Source of the DNA: Trypanosoma brucei | Taxonomy: Eukaryota | Length of the DNA: 64,000 bases | Assembly: GCA_000002445.1 (NCBI GenBank) | Contig: CP000067.1 | Coordinates: forward strand, 608,001 to 672,000 | Reading direction: 5' to 3' | In this document: piece after piece, positions 10,796-22,559 of the stretch | Numbering within the stretch: position 1 is the stretch's first letter | How the letters are laid out: every line of letters starts with the position of its first letter | The notes under the pieces: generated by a model | What the model saw: only the letters and a program-made list of their open reading frames with translations | What the model was told of the DNA's origin: nothing | Database searches by the model: none | Program-made: the position numbers and the translations under genes

Positions 10796-11196
10796 TGCTT
10801 TTTTTTTCTTTTTGACCAGTGGTGTTGCATCCTTATTCTCTCCCACGTCTTTCCCTTCTCGTTTTCCCGCCGAATTCACCATGTCATGACGAATATGTGT
10901 GAGACCACATCCGCTGTTGTGTGGAGGAGACCGGTGGAATAGGAGGATGATAAAAATTGTATGGGGAAGCAATCCGTGTCTCAACATAAAGTAACCAAGC
11001 AAGAAACAGAAACAGTTCGATCGACCCGAGCTGCACTTGTTATGGCAAACATGATGCCACTATTTTTGTTTCAGGTTAATCTATCCCTTCGTTTTCCTTT
11101 TTGTGCTTCGTTCTGTGAAATATCTACTATAAACTGGGTATACTCTTTCATTCTTATTTCTCCTTCCCCACCTATCGTTCTTCGCATAGCGCAAGC

Positions 11197-14100
11197 ATGG
11201 AGGGAGAGCGTGGCCGCAATAGCCAAAACCAAAAGTTGGGGCTGGAACTGGTTCATGATGACGGGCGACCCATCGCCTCATGTCCGATTGACATGAATGA
11301 ACTGCTGAAGAAGATGGGGAAAACAGTAGAGGTGAAGGAGGGCGTTCGCGTCCGTTTGGAGGAATATAACGAAGATGAGGGTCTTTACTACTCTGAAGAC
11401 AGCTGGTCCGAGGAAAGTGAGGAAGAATCTCAAAGCGAGGAAAATGATAGTGCGGAGGACATTGCGGAAACACCTCCTCCAGGGTGTCGCAGAGTGGAAG
11501 ATTGGAACAGTGCTGTTAGGGCAACACAGCGAGGAGAAAAGCCACCGATGGTGCAAGCATCCGGAATTCTTTCACGGTCCCCCAAACACGTCAAAGAGAA
11601 GGGTACAGCAGATATCAAAGCAGGACAGATTCCACGTCGGGAGTTATGGGTTTCACGAGCGCCACCCGCAGATACCGAAAGAACGTACAAGCGGCTCCAG
11701 ACAGTACGACTCATGCCCTGTCCAACATCGCGTCGCTTTTGCCTTCCACCACTGACGTTTCACGCCGCAGCATCTTATACAGGGAACGCCGCCCGTGGCC
11801 CACGAATGCTTGTGTACGGCGGCACAACAAACCTCGGCAAAACTACCGAGAACGAGCTGTACGAGTTCTCGCTATTGTCTGGTGATTGGCGTCGGGTGGA
11901 GGGAAAGCAGTCCCACTCTCCTGGCGTGTACGGGCATACCGCTGTTGTGTTGAAGAAGCATCGGCGTGTCGTCTTGACGGGAGGCGTAGGCTATGGTGGC
12001 GTCCCTCCCGAGCCTTTGGAGTCCCTTACGGACGACTACCGCAGAGCGCGCTTTCATCTCCTTTTCCCCCATAAAGAACCTATTCAATCCAACGCGCAAG
12101 CAATACCGGAAACCGTGGCCAATACGGAGTTGCCAACGTTGTGGACTCTAGCCCACGCAGCGGAGTCGGTACCAACCTTTGGTTTTCTACCGGTGATATT
12201 TGACGTGGACCTGAGAACCCGCAGGTGGCGCACTATCGAGACAAGCCCTAAACTTCCTGTCGTCTTCCATAGTGCCGTTGCTATCGGGACCAGGCTATAC
12301 ATCTTTGGGGGTATGAATACCCATCTTCAGGTTTCTTCACAGTTGATCCTTGTTGATGGTGAGACCTATAAGATTTCTCTTATTCCCCCATCCACCGACC
12401 CACCCAAAGCTCGCTTCCTACACTCCGCTGTCGTTTACGCTCATTGGATGATTATTTATGGTGGGTTCGATGCCCACAACCAACCGTTAGACGATGCGTG
12501 GGCCTTTGATACGGTAAATGAGCGTTGGGAACAGCTTCATTGCCACGGGTCGCATGCCCGTGGTGCTCACGCTGCGTGTGTTGTGGGTTCGCGGCTAATT
12601 GTAGTGGGAGGCTTCGACAGCAGTTTTGATGGTGATGAGGCTCCCGCCAGCACTTGCCTTGAGCTCAACCTTATTCCAAATCATGAGGATAAACATTTAT
12701 GGAGACCTCTCCCTTTGCATCCGACGGTTCCACCCGTGGCGTTTGCAGCGGTGTGCCCGTGTGGAGACGACGCATCTTTCCTTCTTTATGGCGGCTGCAT
12801 AGCTGCCAAAAAAGGAGATGACTCCAAAAAGGCACAAGGAGGCGGAGGAAAGTCACCAGGGCGTGGAAGGCATACGAATAGCGGGCATACTGGCTATAGC
12901 GACTGCATAGGTGACGACGGCGACAATTTAACTATCTGGAAGCGGCTCGTCCCATCGAATGAAGGTTTCCTCCTCACGTTTCCTGTGAAGCGCCCAGAAA
13001 AGAACAATGAAGGAGACGCTGAGCCCCGTTACAACGCGCTGGGGGTGGAAATTGATCCTGATGAGGTACCGGCGGAGTTTCTGGCGTTTGTGAAGCGGCA
13101 ACATGATTTCCTCCTGAAGAAAACCGGGAACGTTGAACAGACAATGAAGAAGATATTCCTTGAAGAGCGCGAAAGCATGGAGCCACATCTTTACCTCACC
13201 CCTGATGAGGTAGAAAGGCTGATAGAAGAGAGTGAGGAGTTATGCACGCGGTTTAGTGAGTATAAGATGGAGGAACTTCCACCTCACGTGCCCGAAAGGC
13301 AGCTTCGGTTGCACCTCAATGAAGAATGTGTTTCACTCAGCCGGCAAGTGAGAGACGTAATAAAGTCCATGAAGGGGAACCCCGCTGCCGCCGCTGCTGT
13401 GAAGTCAAAGACTCATCGGTTTAAAGTAGGACAGAAGTTCGAGAGTCACTCAGCGCCGAAACCATTCCGTCGTGTTGTTATCATGTCACTCATGAAAGAA
13501 ATAAAAAGAAATATCAAGCGGGTGCTCTTATCCAACAAGGCTCTGAAGACAGTAGAGTGGCCAAACAAGGCAGAGTACCTTGAAGCTATTCGAAGAATGC
13601 AGGAGACAGCGGATACTTTTCTTCTTTCCGTGAAGGAGATTCTCGACGTTTACATTGAGAAACGTGTGGATTCGCTAGTCAGCGCGATTGACACTCGTAA
13701 GAACAAGTTGAAGCGGTTGACAGAAGCCGTGGAGCGAAGCCGGCAAAGTTTTCCCGTTCACCCTCTGGATATTGTGGCAAGGGTGGGAGGGAGAGGGGGT
13801 CGGTCCTCTCCATCTCCGCAATCCATTAGCAGCCGTGCAAGGTCTCGCTCTCCGAGCGCAAGACACTTTAAAGGTGGCGAAGAAGCAACGCATACACTAA
13901 ATAAAGGAGAAGTTGGTGTTCTACTTAACAAGGCTTCTGCTGTGAGGACGAATGCTTCCCTATTCGGTGAGAGCTGTCAGTCAATGATACCACCGGCACC
14001 CAAGCAGGTGGCTACTGCGCTTCTAGTGCCCGGTATGACTCCTCCACCGGAAGGGGAAGATGCAGCAGCTTCCAGAGAAACTGTGTGGCATACAGCCTGC

Positions 14101-15600
14101 GGTCAGGTTCAACAAATTGTGAAGTGCGTCGATAGGTTCATTGAAGGTATTCGAGCCTCGCAATTAGAGCAGAAACCACTGAACGAGGCAGGAGATGGCA
14201 CAGAGGAGGGTTCATATAGAGTGAACCTGGCCCTTGCAACAGTTTGGCCGTTGGAAACATGCAAGGACAAACTTGATGAATTAAAAAAGGGCATGCCCGA
14301 GGTCCGCAATCCCTCACCTGCAGCTGGGGGTGATGAGGCTGCAAAGCTAAAGAAAACGCAACAACATTATACTCGGCTTTCAAAGAGCCTTACTGCTCTC
14401 GTGCAGAGTGTCAAAATGAGTATTCTCAGTAGAGCCGGGGCGAAACCACCGCCAGCAGTTCACATCACCTCGCGGGATGTTGTGGCAGCCAGTCCTTCAT
14501 CAAAGGGAAGGGCATGGAGACCCCCACAATCCAGACGGCAAAGGTCCACTATAGAGGTGCTGGACTTACATGCTGATGACGCCACAGAGCCTGAAGGATA
14601 TTCGCCCACTGCTGAGGAAGAGCAGCGTCATTGTCACGCTGTACTTTCACCACTTAGCCCCAAGCTCGTTCCGATCGAAGATTTATTTGCCTCACCGAGG
14701 ACCGCACCTGCCGTGGAGGCCCCTAATCGGATACCGATAACTTCCAGGGAGGCTGCCGCGCTCGTGTCAGCACCCCAAGCGGCGGTTGCTGCAACGGGTG
14801 AATGTGTTATTGTACCTTCCAAGAAGGATGTTAGGGTGGTGAAAAACTCATCGTCGGCATCACTGCTTTTTCATGAAGGTGATGACACCAGCGCTGCGAT
14901 GCACTCCCGCCTCTTTCCCCCTCAGGCATACCACGACTATTATGCGGCGGCGGCGACGCCACAACAACCGACGTGCATTGCTGTTTCCAACGGGCCGAAG
15001 ATGGTAGCAGCTGGAGAAAATCGCAGCTCCGATGCGGTGATATCACTTATAGACGTTTTCGACGGTGTACATCCGGTGACAGTGACTGACGAAGGGAAAC
15101 AAGACTTAAAGGCGATGGTGAGTGTTACCCCAGGGTTCTTCCACGCGCACCCTTCTGCGGTTGACACGGGTACATCCGAGACATCCGATCATGTCAAATA
15201 CTGTGACTCTCCGATGCTTGAGGATGATTACTTTTTCTTTGGTCGCCGTCTTGAGTCCAGTTGTTTGCCTACGGGCCCCGTCCAACCCCTTTCTACACCC
15301 AGTGCTAAGGGCACTACGAGGAAAAAGACTCAGAAGAGAGAACCATCAGTTAAACTGGCAGCCAAAAGCAGGACACGTGACACTAAATCATCCCCTCACT
15401 GCCTGTCGTTTTCAGCAACCCCTCTTCGTGACAGCAAGCGCCGCTCAGTTTCACGAGGAGAGCGCGCAGTCCGTCAGTTGATGGAGCCCGACTCTTTTGC
15501 TCGAGGCGGCGGTGGCGGTCCCTTACGCGGGAAGTTAACACCTGGAGAAGCACGAATCGCGGAGGCGAGGAAACGTGGCAGCCTCATGTCTGGTAGTTAG
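11197..15600 (+). CDS. Large Kelch-repeat protein (N-terminal beta-propeller) with a long disordered, Ser/Arg- and Pro-rich C-terminal region.
   Basis: Several kelch-like blades are present (LVYGGTTN..., RLYIFGG, MIIYGGFD, RLIVVGGFD, LLYGGC) within roughly 11800-12800. The rest is a 1467 aa ORF containing RS dipeptides (SRARSRSPSARH) and low-complexity tracts. Confidence 0.8.
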   Translation: MEGERGRNSQNQKLGLELVHDDGRPIASCPIDMNELLKKMGKTVEVKEGVRVRLEEYNEDEGLYYSEDSWSEESEEESQSEENDSAEDIAETPPPGCRRVEDWNSAVRATQRGEKPPMVQASGILSRSPKHVKEKGTADIKAGQIPRRELWVSRAPPADTERTYKRLQTVRLMPCPTSRRFCLPPLTFHAAASYTGNAARGPRMLVYGGTTNLGKTTENELYEFSLLSGDWRRVEGKQSHSPGVYGHTAVVLKKHRRVVLTGGVGYGGVPPEPLESLTDDYRRARFHLLFPHKEPIQSNAQAIPETVANTELPTLWTLAHAAESVPTFGFLPVIFDVDLRTRRWRTIETSPKLPVVFHSAVAIGTRLYIFGGMNTHLQVSSQLILVDGETYKISLIPPSTDPPKARFLHSAVVYAHWMIIYGGFDAHNQPLDDAWAFDTVNERWEQLHCHGSHARGAHAACVVGSRLIVVGGFDSSFDGDEAPASTCLELNLIPNHEDKHLWRPLPLHPTVPPVAFAAVCPCGDDASFLLYGGCIAAKKGDDSKKAQGGGGKSPGRGRHTNSGHTGYSDCIGDDGDNLTIWKRLVPSNEGFLLTFPVKRPEKNNEGDAEPRYNALGVEIDPDEVPAEFLAFVKRQHDFLLKKTGNVEQTMKKIFLEERESMEPHLYLTPDEVERLIEESEELCTRFSEYKMEELPPHVPERQLRLHLNEECVSLSRQVRDVIKSMKGNPAAAAAVKSKTHRFKVGQKFESHSAPKPFRRVVIMSLMKEIKRNIKRVLLSNKALKTVEWPNKAEYLEAIRRMQETADTFLLSVKEILDVYIEKRVDSLVSAIDTRKNKLKRLTEAVERSRQSFPVHPLDIVARVGGRGGRSSPSPQSISSRARSRSPSARHFKGGEEATHTLNKGEVGVLLNKASAVRTNASLFGESCQSMIPPAPKQVATALLVPGMTPPPEGEDAAASRETVWHTACGQVQQIVKCVDRFIEGIRASQLEQKPLNEAGDGTEEGSYRVNLALATVWPLETCKDKLDELKKGMPEVRNPSPAAGGDEAAKLKKTQQHYTRLSKSLTALVQSVKMSILSRAGAKPPPAVHITSRDVVAASPSSKGRAWRPPQSRRQRSTIEVLDLHADDATEPEGYSPTAEEEQRHCHAVLSPLSPKLVPIEDLFASPRTAPAVEAPNRIPITSREAAALVSAPQAAVAATGECVIVPSKKDVRVVKNSSSASLLFHEGDDTSAAMHSRLFPPQAYHDYYAAAATPQQPTCIAVSNGPKMVAAGENRSSDAVISLIDVFDGVHPVTVTDEGKQDLKAMVSVTPGFFHAHPSAVDTGTSETSDHVKYCDSPMLEDDYFFFGRRLESSCLPTGPVQPLSTPSAKGTTRKKTQKREPSVKLAAKSRTRDTKSSPHCLSFSATPLRDSKRRSVSRGERAVRQLMEPDSFARGGGGGPLRGKLTPGEARIAEARKRGSLMSGS

Positions 15601-16427
15601 CGGAGCGCCAGTACCGGGTAGAATGCCGAAATAAGAACTGTAGGAGAGGGGAGTTTGAATGCCCATTTTGCCTGGACTAAGCCCCTTAACCATAGAACAT
15701 ATGATATAGAGCATTAAATAAGGCAAGTGGTTTTTCGCTATTGTCTTTACTTAAAACTACCTTCCCACCCTTACCCTACTATCTGTTGGCTTTTCGGGTG
15801 TGGGTTTCTTTTCTTTTCTTATCAAAATCTTATGCCGCGCACCGAAGGGTTATTCGTGCTGAGGTGCGCGTTTTTTGATGTCGTCTCGTCCGTCCGAGGT
15901 ATGATTTCTGGGGGTTCCCTTCGTTAGGAACTTCAGTAGATCAAACAACGCTTTGACTTCAGGAGTGCACAAAATTCATGCTGTCAATCTCTTGTGCGAA
16001 AGGGACATCCTGAGAAGGTTGCTCCCGTTTCGTAGGGGACGGGGCTATGACGCTCTGTGCATCTCTCAATACTATTGCCTCATTTCCTACTGAATTTACA
16101 TAGTTTTACTTCTCTAATTCCTATTTTATTTACTGCCTCTTTCTGCGCCTGTACAAAGGCTCCCGTACCGTAGCGCAAAGGTGTTCCTTTGTCGCCGTCC
16201 CCGGAAAGAAAAAAAAGGGAGAAAGGAAACAAAGCGGAACAAAAATAAAAAGGAAGAACAAATAAGAAATAAGGGGAGCTAATAGAGCAAACTACACATC
16301 TGTGTGCCACGAAAGCGACACCATCATCAATAGTCGTCCTGATTTTCTTCCCCTCTCTTTTTCCCGCAGAGGTTTGAGGGTTTTGGTGAAACTGTCCGGA
16401 GGGGGAGGTGGGCTCTTGTAAGCGCGC

Positions 16428-16430
<3 letters not shown>

Positions 16431-16458
<28 letters not shown>
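16431..16458. repeat. (TA)14 microsatellite.
   Basis: A perfect TA dinucleotide run immediately after gcgcgcgaa; intergenic. Confidence 0.95.
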
Positions 16459-16461
<3 letters not shown>

Positions 16462-16604
16462 TACAGATATACGTTTGCACGTACACGTAACGAACAGGTC
16501 GAGGGAGACCTTTAAGTATATCGAGTAAGCGTACCTGAGATACAAAAGCAGAAAAAAAAAAGAGAGTCCGAAGTGGAGGTAACGTACCGCGGAAGGTGAG
16601 AGCC

Positions 16605-19600
16605 ATGGGGTTTTGGCCGCGTTCCTTACTTGCCAGAGACTATGAGGTACCGAAGCGTCCCATTTTCCACCTCGAAGGATGGGATGTGGTTCAGGGAACA
16701 GACGCAGCCACTTACGTTTCGGGTGTTGTGCCCGACGGCGTTATGTACGGTACCAACGGGTGTTTAGGCGTACGGCATCATTGTGAGTCGGAAACGGTAG
16801 GGTACCGAACAAGTCTTTACATGAACGGCGTCTACCACAGTGCTCCCCTTAACGCGTACGTTGACAGTGAAGCGCTGCCAGAAGAGATTCAAGTTGGTGC
16901 CACCGTATGTGAAGTGACTCTCGACTGCTTCATTGATGGAGAGTCTGGGACCCTTGGCGAGGCACCATCGCAGAGGTTGAACTTGCGAGACGCCACGTAT
17001 TCTAGCACCAGCGTGGATGTTGTCAGCGGTGACGGTGGGCTTACTTTTGACTCCACATATCGCCAGGTTGTATCTTTGAACGAGTTGGACCTCTGGTGCG
17101 CTGAGACTGTATGCACCAACTTTTCCATCGACGCCTTGTCGAGTGGAACAGATTTTGCTTCACAAAACAATTCCGAGTCCTCAGCAAAACACATCGAAGA
17201 GGACATGTACAGCACTGAGTCCTCTACTTATTCTGTTGTTTTTATCGTTTCTGTTACTGTATCGCTGGATGACTGGTATCTTGTGGGTGGTGACTCCACG
17301 GAAAAACTGCTCATCGAATCCACCACGTCCGGCATATTGGTAGGCACTGAAACGGAAGCCTCATGCACAGTAGAATGCGGCGACCGAACATACAAGATAG
17401 TCCCGGAGCAACAAGTGAGAAATGTTCCGGAGGACTTTTATACGCCCCACCGTGATTGCGGCTTCTCCCATGCAGCGTACGTAAGCGAAAGCGAGAGTGA
17501 GCACCCACACTCTTCCCGTGCCGCTTGGAGAGGCACCTCCGGCTCGCGGGGTCGTGTATGCTTCCAAAAACAGTTCCCCTATACAATTACCCCCGACAAC
17601 GTGCCTCAAAAGGTAACGTTGAGCTTTCATGCACGACATCACAATGGGGGGCTTCCACTTTCGCGGCCGTTTCCGTCTTTTGCGGATGTCGTGGCCGAGC
17701 AACGTCTCGTGTTGGACAATTTCTGGAGTACCTTTTGGATTGATATCCAGCGACAGGACGAACTGCCGCCTAATCGCATGAAACTTGGCCTAATATTTAA
17801 TTCGTTTCGGTTGTTCTGTGTTTCTCGCAACCTGCAAAACGGCCTGCCACAGGCTGGCTGCTCAACAACTAAGAGTAATTTGCTGTATGACCTCCAACAG
17901 TACGTTTACCATGGCATCTACTATATTCTCACGTCGCCATCAAGTGCGCTTGCGCTCCTTCGCAGCCTCTATTGTATGCTTTCTCAGGCTCGAATGAACG
18001 CCCTTCGTCTATCGCTTGAACACGGCGCCGTATACCCACGCAGAACGATCACAGGGACGGAGTGTTGGCATTGTAGTACCCTCAACAACGCCCGGTTTCA
18101 CGTCAATGCTGAGGTGGGCTATATAATAAATATGTATTTTTCTGCCGTGGAAAGCATTGCCACGAGCGATCGCTTGTGGCTGTTGGAGCTCATGTTAGAG
18201 ACAGCACGTGTTTGGTCGCAAGTTGGGGAGTGGGTGGAAAATGAAGGTGTGTTTCGTTTGGACAATATTGCCGGCCCGGATGAGTACAACGGTAACGCGG
18301 CAGGGAACTTTTACGTTCACCTCTCGGCAAAGCTACATTTGAGAAATGCTTACAATCTTTACGAGGAACAACAAAAAATCGTTGGTGATGAAGCTATATT
18401 TTGTCTGCTGCAGGGAATTAACATGGACATATCGGAACTTGAAAACTTCAGGACCATCTCCAACGAGATTGTTGTGCGACGTGACAACCACCTTGATGTT
18501 TTTTTGGTGCATGATCACTTTGACACACTGAAAGAATGGAAGGGGGAGCGTCCAAAGCACCCCTTGTCCATGAACTACCACCCTCTTGCAATATACCGTC
18601 ATAAAGTTGTGAATATTCCCGAAGTCCTTCTCGGCATGTTGTTGTACCCAGCCGAGTTTGAGCGAAAGGATTTGCTGCAGAACTTGTCCTACTACGCCCC
18701 GCTCTGCACGCATGACTCGGCGGAGTCATTGGCTATTGTTGCGTGTGTGGAGTTCCGAGCGAACGGTCGCTTCACTCACGGCATGCCGCTACTATGTTCA
18801 TTGGCTAGCTTGGATTTAGATAACATCATTTACGCTGCCGACGAAGGACTTGATTTTGGTGCCATGTCCGCAACGTGGATTGCCGTTGTCATGGGTATTG
18901 GTGGTGTTAAGATCACGTCTCGTAGTCTGCATTTAGACCCTTCCTTTCCCGCTGGGTTGAGTGTACTTAGTTTCACTCTGCACTGGCGTGGGGCGACCCT
19001 GCGGACGCGTGTAGAGAAGGACTGCATAACGTATGACCTGATGGCAGGGGATAGCATACGATTTATTCATGCCAGCAGACATCGCATCCATTTGCATTCC
19101 GGATGCAGGCAGAGCGTCGCCCGCAAGCAAGTCGCTATACCGCAGCCCATGAGCAGCATGCATGGGGAATTTGCCGGTGCCATTTTTTTGTGCGAGACGC
19201 TTTTTGACAGCGTCATGGAGATGAACTTCATTGCGTGGGGCAAGACGCTGGAGTCACTCTATGAGAACTATCGGGCGCTGCACCTCCGCCACATCCCACC
19301 GCTCACAGCGGAAGAGTTCGTCGATAAAGTTATTTATCAGGCAGAGCACCGTGAGATTGCCTTCAGTGGGATTCACAATGTGCTACTGGACCGTGGAATA
19401 GACCTCCCACTCGGTTCACCCGACGATGCCGAAATTGTAGAGACGCGTTATGGTTTAGCCAACGCCAAGGTGGCAGAGTTGGAGGAGATGTGGTCTCGCG
19501 AGGCACCGTGTGTGAATCCAGCGATGCGGGCATTGCTGCGCGATTTGGAGGATAATGGAATACCGCTTGCGCTTGTGTCGTACAGTCGAACCCTTAAGAC

Positions 19601-20051
19601 ACTGATGCAGTATCATCCAGAGGAGGCACTGCGTTTCCTCACGGCTATTGATGGCGATGAGGCGCATGAGCGGCACATCAAGAGCCGACCGCATCTCGAC
19701 ATTTTCGTTCGTGCAGCCGAAAAGATCCACGTGGAGCCGAGTCGTTGTCTGATCTTCTCTTCTCACATCGACAGTAACTTCAAAGTGTCGGAGCTCTCTT
19801 ACTTCCGCATGGTGTTTGATGTGGAGGATCCCTTTGCGGCGCGGGTGCGGGGATCCAAAACCTGCGAGTATCCCTCCATGCTGAGGCCCGCAGCGGCTGA
19901 TGGGGATGTGCGGCCACTTGTGATTAACTTGAAGCGGGATAAGTTTCCCACAACTGTAGACGGGTTGGAAAGCATTTTATGCGGCCCAGTGGCGTCGGGT
20001 TCTGATCTCGCCGCTGCGGGCGATGCTCCGCCAAGTGATCCCTGCAGTTAA
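16605..20051 (+). CDS. Large protein with a C-terminal beta-phosphoglucomutase-like HAD domain whose catalytic motifs are degenerate. The N-terminal roughly 850 aa may be a glycoside-hydrolase-family-65-like phosphorylase region (unverified).
   Basis: The ORF track starts at a GTG (16596); the first ATG is at 16605. Residues encoded around 19160-19800 align well with Lactococcus beta-PGM, for example [11 protein letters not shown] against [11 protein letters not shown] and [20 protein letters not shown] against [20 protein letters not shown]. However, HAD motif I DxDGV is CETLF here, and motif IV ED is SS. Calling the N-terminus GH65 is an inference from a GH65 plus beta-PGM pairing I recall from bacteria. 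Confidence 0.75.
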   Translation: [1148 protein letters not shown]

Positions 20052-21407
20052 GGAAAGAAAGAAAAAGAAGGAGGAGGGGAAAAAAACGCAAGGATGGAAG
20101 GGGCTTTGCTTTCCTTTTTGCCTTCCGACTAAACCCTCTATCCTTGCGTTTTTTCTCCCCTTCCTTCTTTTTCTTTCTTCTCTCTGTATACTCGCTTTTC
20201 CCTCGTCACACACGCCTTACACATGCAGGATACGTCAGTCGCAGACGGTCAAACAGCACCGGCAAGATTAGAGAGTGTCTTCGGTGATTGACCGAAAGGA
20301 CGAAAGAAAAAAACGCAAAAAAAATCCACATTAAAGAGACGGAAGAATGGAGAGAGAGAGAGAGAAAAGGGGCGAGTGAATATATCAATAAATGAAGTAG
20401 AGTGGGATTGAGAAATAATATTGCCTCGGCTGGTCAATGTGCATAATAAGGAGCGTAAATGAATGAAGAAAGGAATGGGAAACGGGATGTGTTAACTCCT
20501 AAAGGTGTAGATAAGAAAGGTGTGAAGTGTGTCTGTGTGTGTTTGTGTACGTGGGAAGGATGCACGAGAAAATATATGTGAATTGATTCTCCCCTCCTTT
20601 TCTCCCATTTGGCCGTAACGAAAGGAAACGCAAGACGAAACAAATAAAGGGTGGAGAACAAAAAAAACCGAAAGCAACATTAAAGACAACAATAACGATG
20701 GCGAAGTGTATCCTTCACAACTGTCTTCCATTTTAAATTCACCTATTTTTGTTTTATGTCAAGGTAAATTATAAACATGAGAGGGGAAAAAACAATGAGA
20801 ACGTGCGTATTTTTATTGGTTTCTTTTACCGTTTCAAGTGTCAGCAAGCGGATGACACGACTCCCAAGTTGCAAAGTAGAGGGGAATGGTAATAAGCGCA
20901 TTACACTTTACAGCGCGTGTAAGAAACGGGAAAGCAGAAGAGGAAGTCTTTTTTTTTTTTAAAGAAAAAACAAAACAGAAAACAACGGGAAGCAAAACCA
21001 AAAGTTATTGCGTCCGAATATGTGTTAATTAGTTGAATGGGAAACCCCGCTTTTGTGTTTGGCCGTATTTCAAAATGAAGAACGGCGTACCTCACACCAT
21101 GAGGGTTTTTTTCTTCTTTTTTTGTTTAAATTTTTTAAAAAAAGGTTCCGCAAAACGAAGTTATTTACGTATTATTCAACGGGTAAAACGGTGAAGGGGA
21201 AATTAATTTTAAACAATAAAAAGATTTCATGAAGAAGTGAAAGGAAAGAGGGAAAAGTAGAAGAGGCGGTAAGATAAAGTCATTAGTTTGTGTGTGCGTG
21301 TTTTTTTTTTCCAATTTTTCGCTCTTGATTCATTTGACTTTTTCGCGCTTCACCGTGGCTTTTATCATTATTAATTGATTAACCTTCCTTTCGGAAAATA
21401 ACATGTG

Positions 21408-21419
21408 CCCCCCCCCCCC
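21408..21419. repeat. C12 homopolymer.
   Basis: Twelve consecutive C in the long intergenic region. An 11-nt G run occurs at 26706-26716 and a 12-nt C run at 37190-37201. Confidence 0.9.
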
Positions 21420-22559
21420 TACGGGTCTTAACGGGACGGTCACCGAAAAAAAAAAAGAAGGGAGGAATGATGCCGAAAACGAAGGGGTATGGCGCGATTC
21501 CATAGACCCCAGTTTGCCGAGAGAAGTTTCACTTCGCATCATATTTCAGGTTGTGTGTTTTTTTTTTAATTTTCGCTTCGGATCGTCTTTTTTTTTTCCC
21601 CCTCCCCTTCCACAACTCTTTTTCACCTTCACACCTTTCATTCTCCCTTAAAGCTCTTGTCCTTATCAACATCTAGTGCTACACATTTGATGGTGTGCTC
21701 TAACCATACTCCATTTATTTATTTTTGATTTACTTCTTCATTTTCGTTTACGTGCTTAATTTCACTTTTTTTTCCTCATTCCATTCCATTCCATTTTTTG
21801 TTTTGTTTTTGATTGTTTGATACGTGATTTTGAGTTGTTGAGAAGAAGAAGTGATGGTGAGTTGAAGCGACGCCAGTGTGGTGGCATCCGCTTTTTTTCT
21901 ACACGTTTGTGCCTTCGTCTAAAAAAAGAAAAATGTGTTTGATTATCGGTTCACTTATTCCAGCATTTGACATCTTATGTATGCCTTATTTGTTGTTGTT
22001 TTTTCTTTTATTATTTTCCTTTCGATTTGAAAACTGCTATTTTATTTTTCTATTTTATTTTTTTTATTTTGCATTTTCACTTGTACTGCTATTTCCCCTT
22101 CCCTTCCTCTAACTTGAGTGCTGGCCTTTCAGCTACCCCTGGGGGAAAAAAAAAGAAATAAACGGTGAAGTTTGGGAAGGGGGTGATGAGAACCAACCTT
22201 CAGTATATATATATATATATATCTTTTTTTCTATGTTAGTGTTTACTTTTTTATTTCTAGTTGATGTGCATGTCCTCTCTTTTATCTGTTTTTTTTTTAT
22301 TTACCATAAAATCTCCAAAGTCAGCTGCTACCGTCAATCTTCCCTTATCTCGAGTAGTTTGAGGAAGAATAGAAATGCCCTTCTTAAAGCAATTGAGTGG
22401 GATTTCTGAAAAGTGAAATTAGCGTGAGACAGCTCCAGTAATTATTATTATTATTTTCTTCTTCAATCCAAGTGTCGTTTCACGTCATGGAGTGGGGCGA
22501 TATCAGCCGCGGTTGTTGCGCTCCACTTCTTCCCTCCATCTTCCTGCTTTCGCTTGAAT

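Noticed and set aside
16431-16458. A check of whether the tandem (TA)n, (GT)n or (ATTT)n arrays were CRISPR-like or satellite arrays.
   Set aside because: They are simple di- and tetranucleotide microsatellites with no spacer structure. The window is eukaryotic and contains no cas-like genes.
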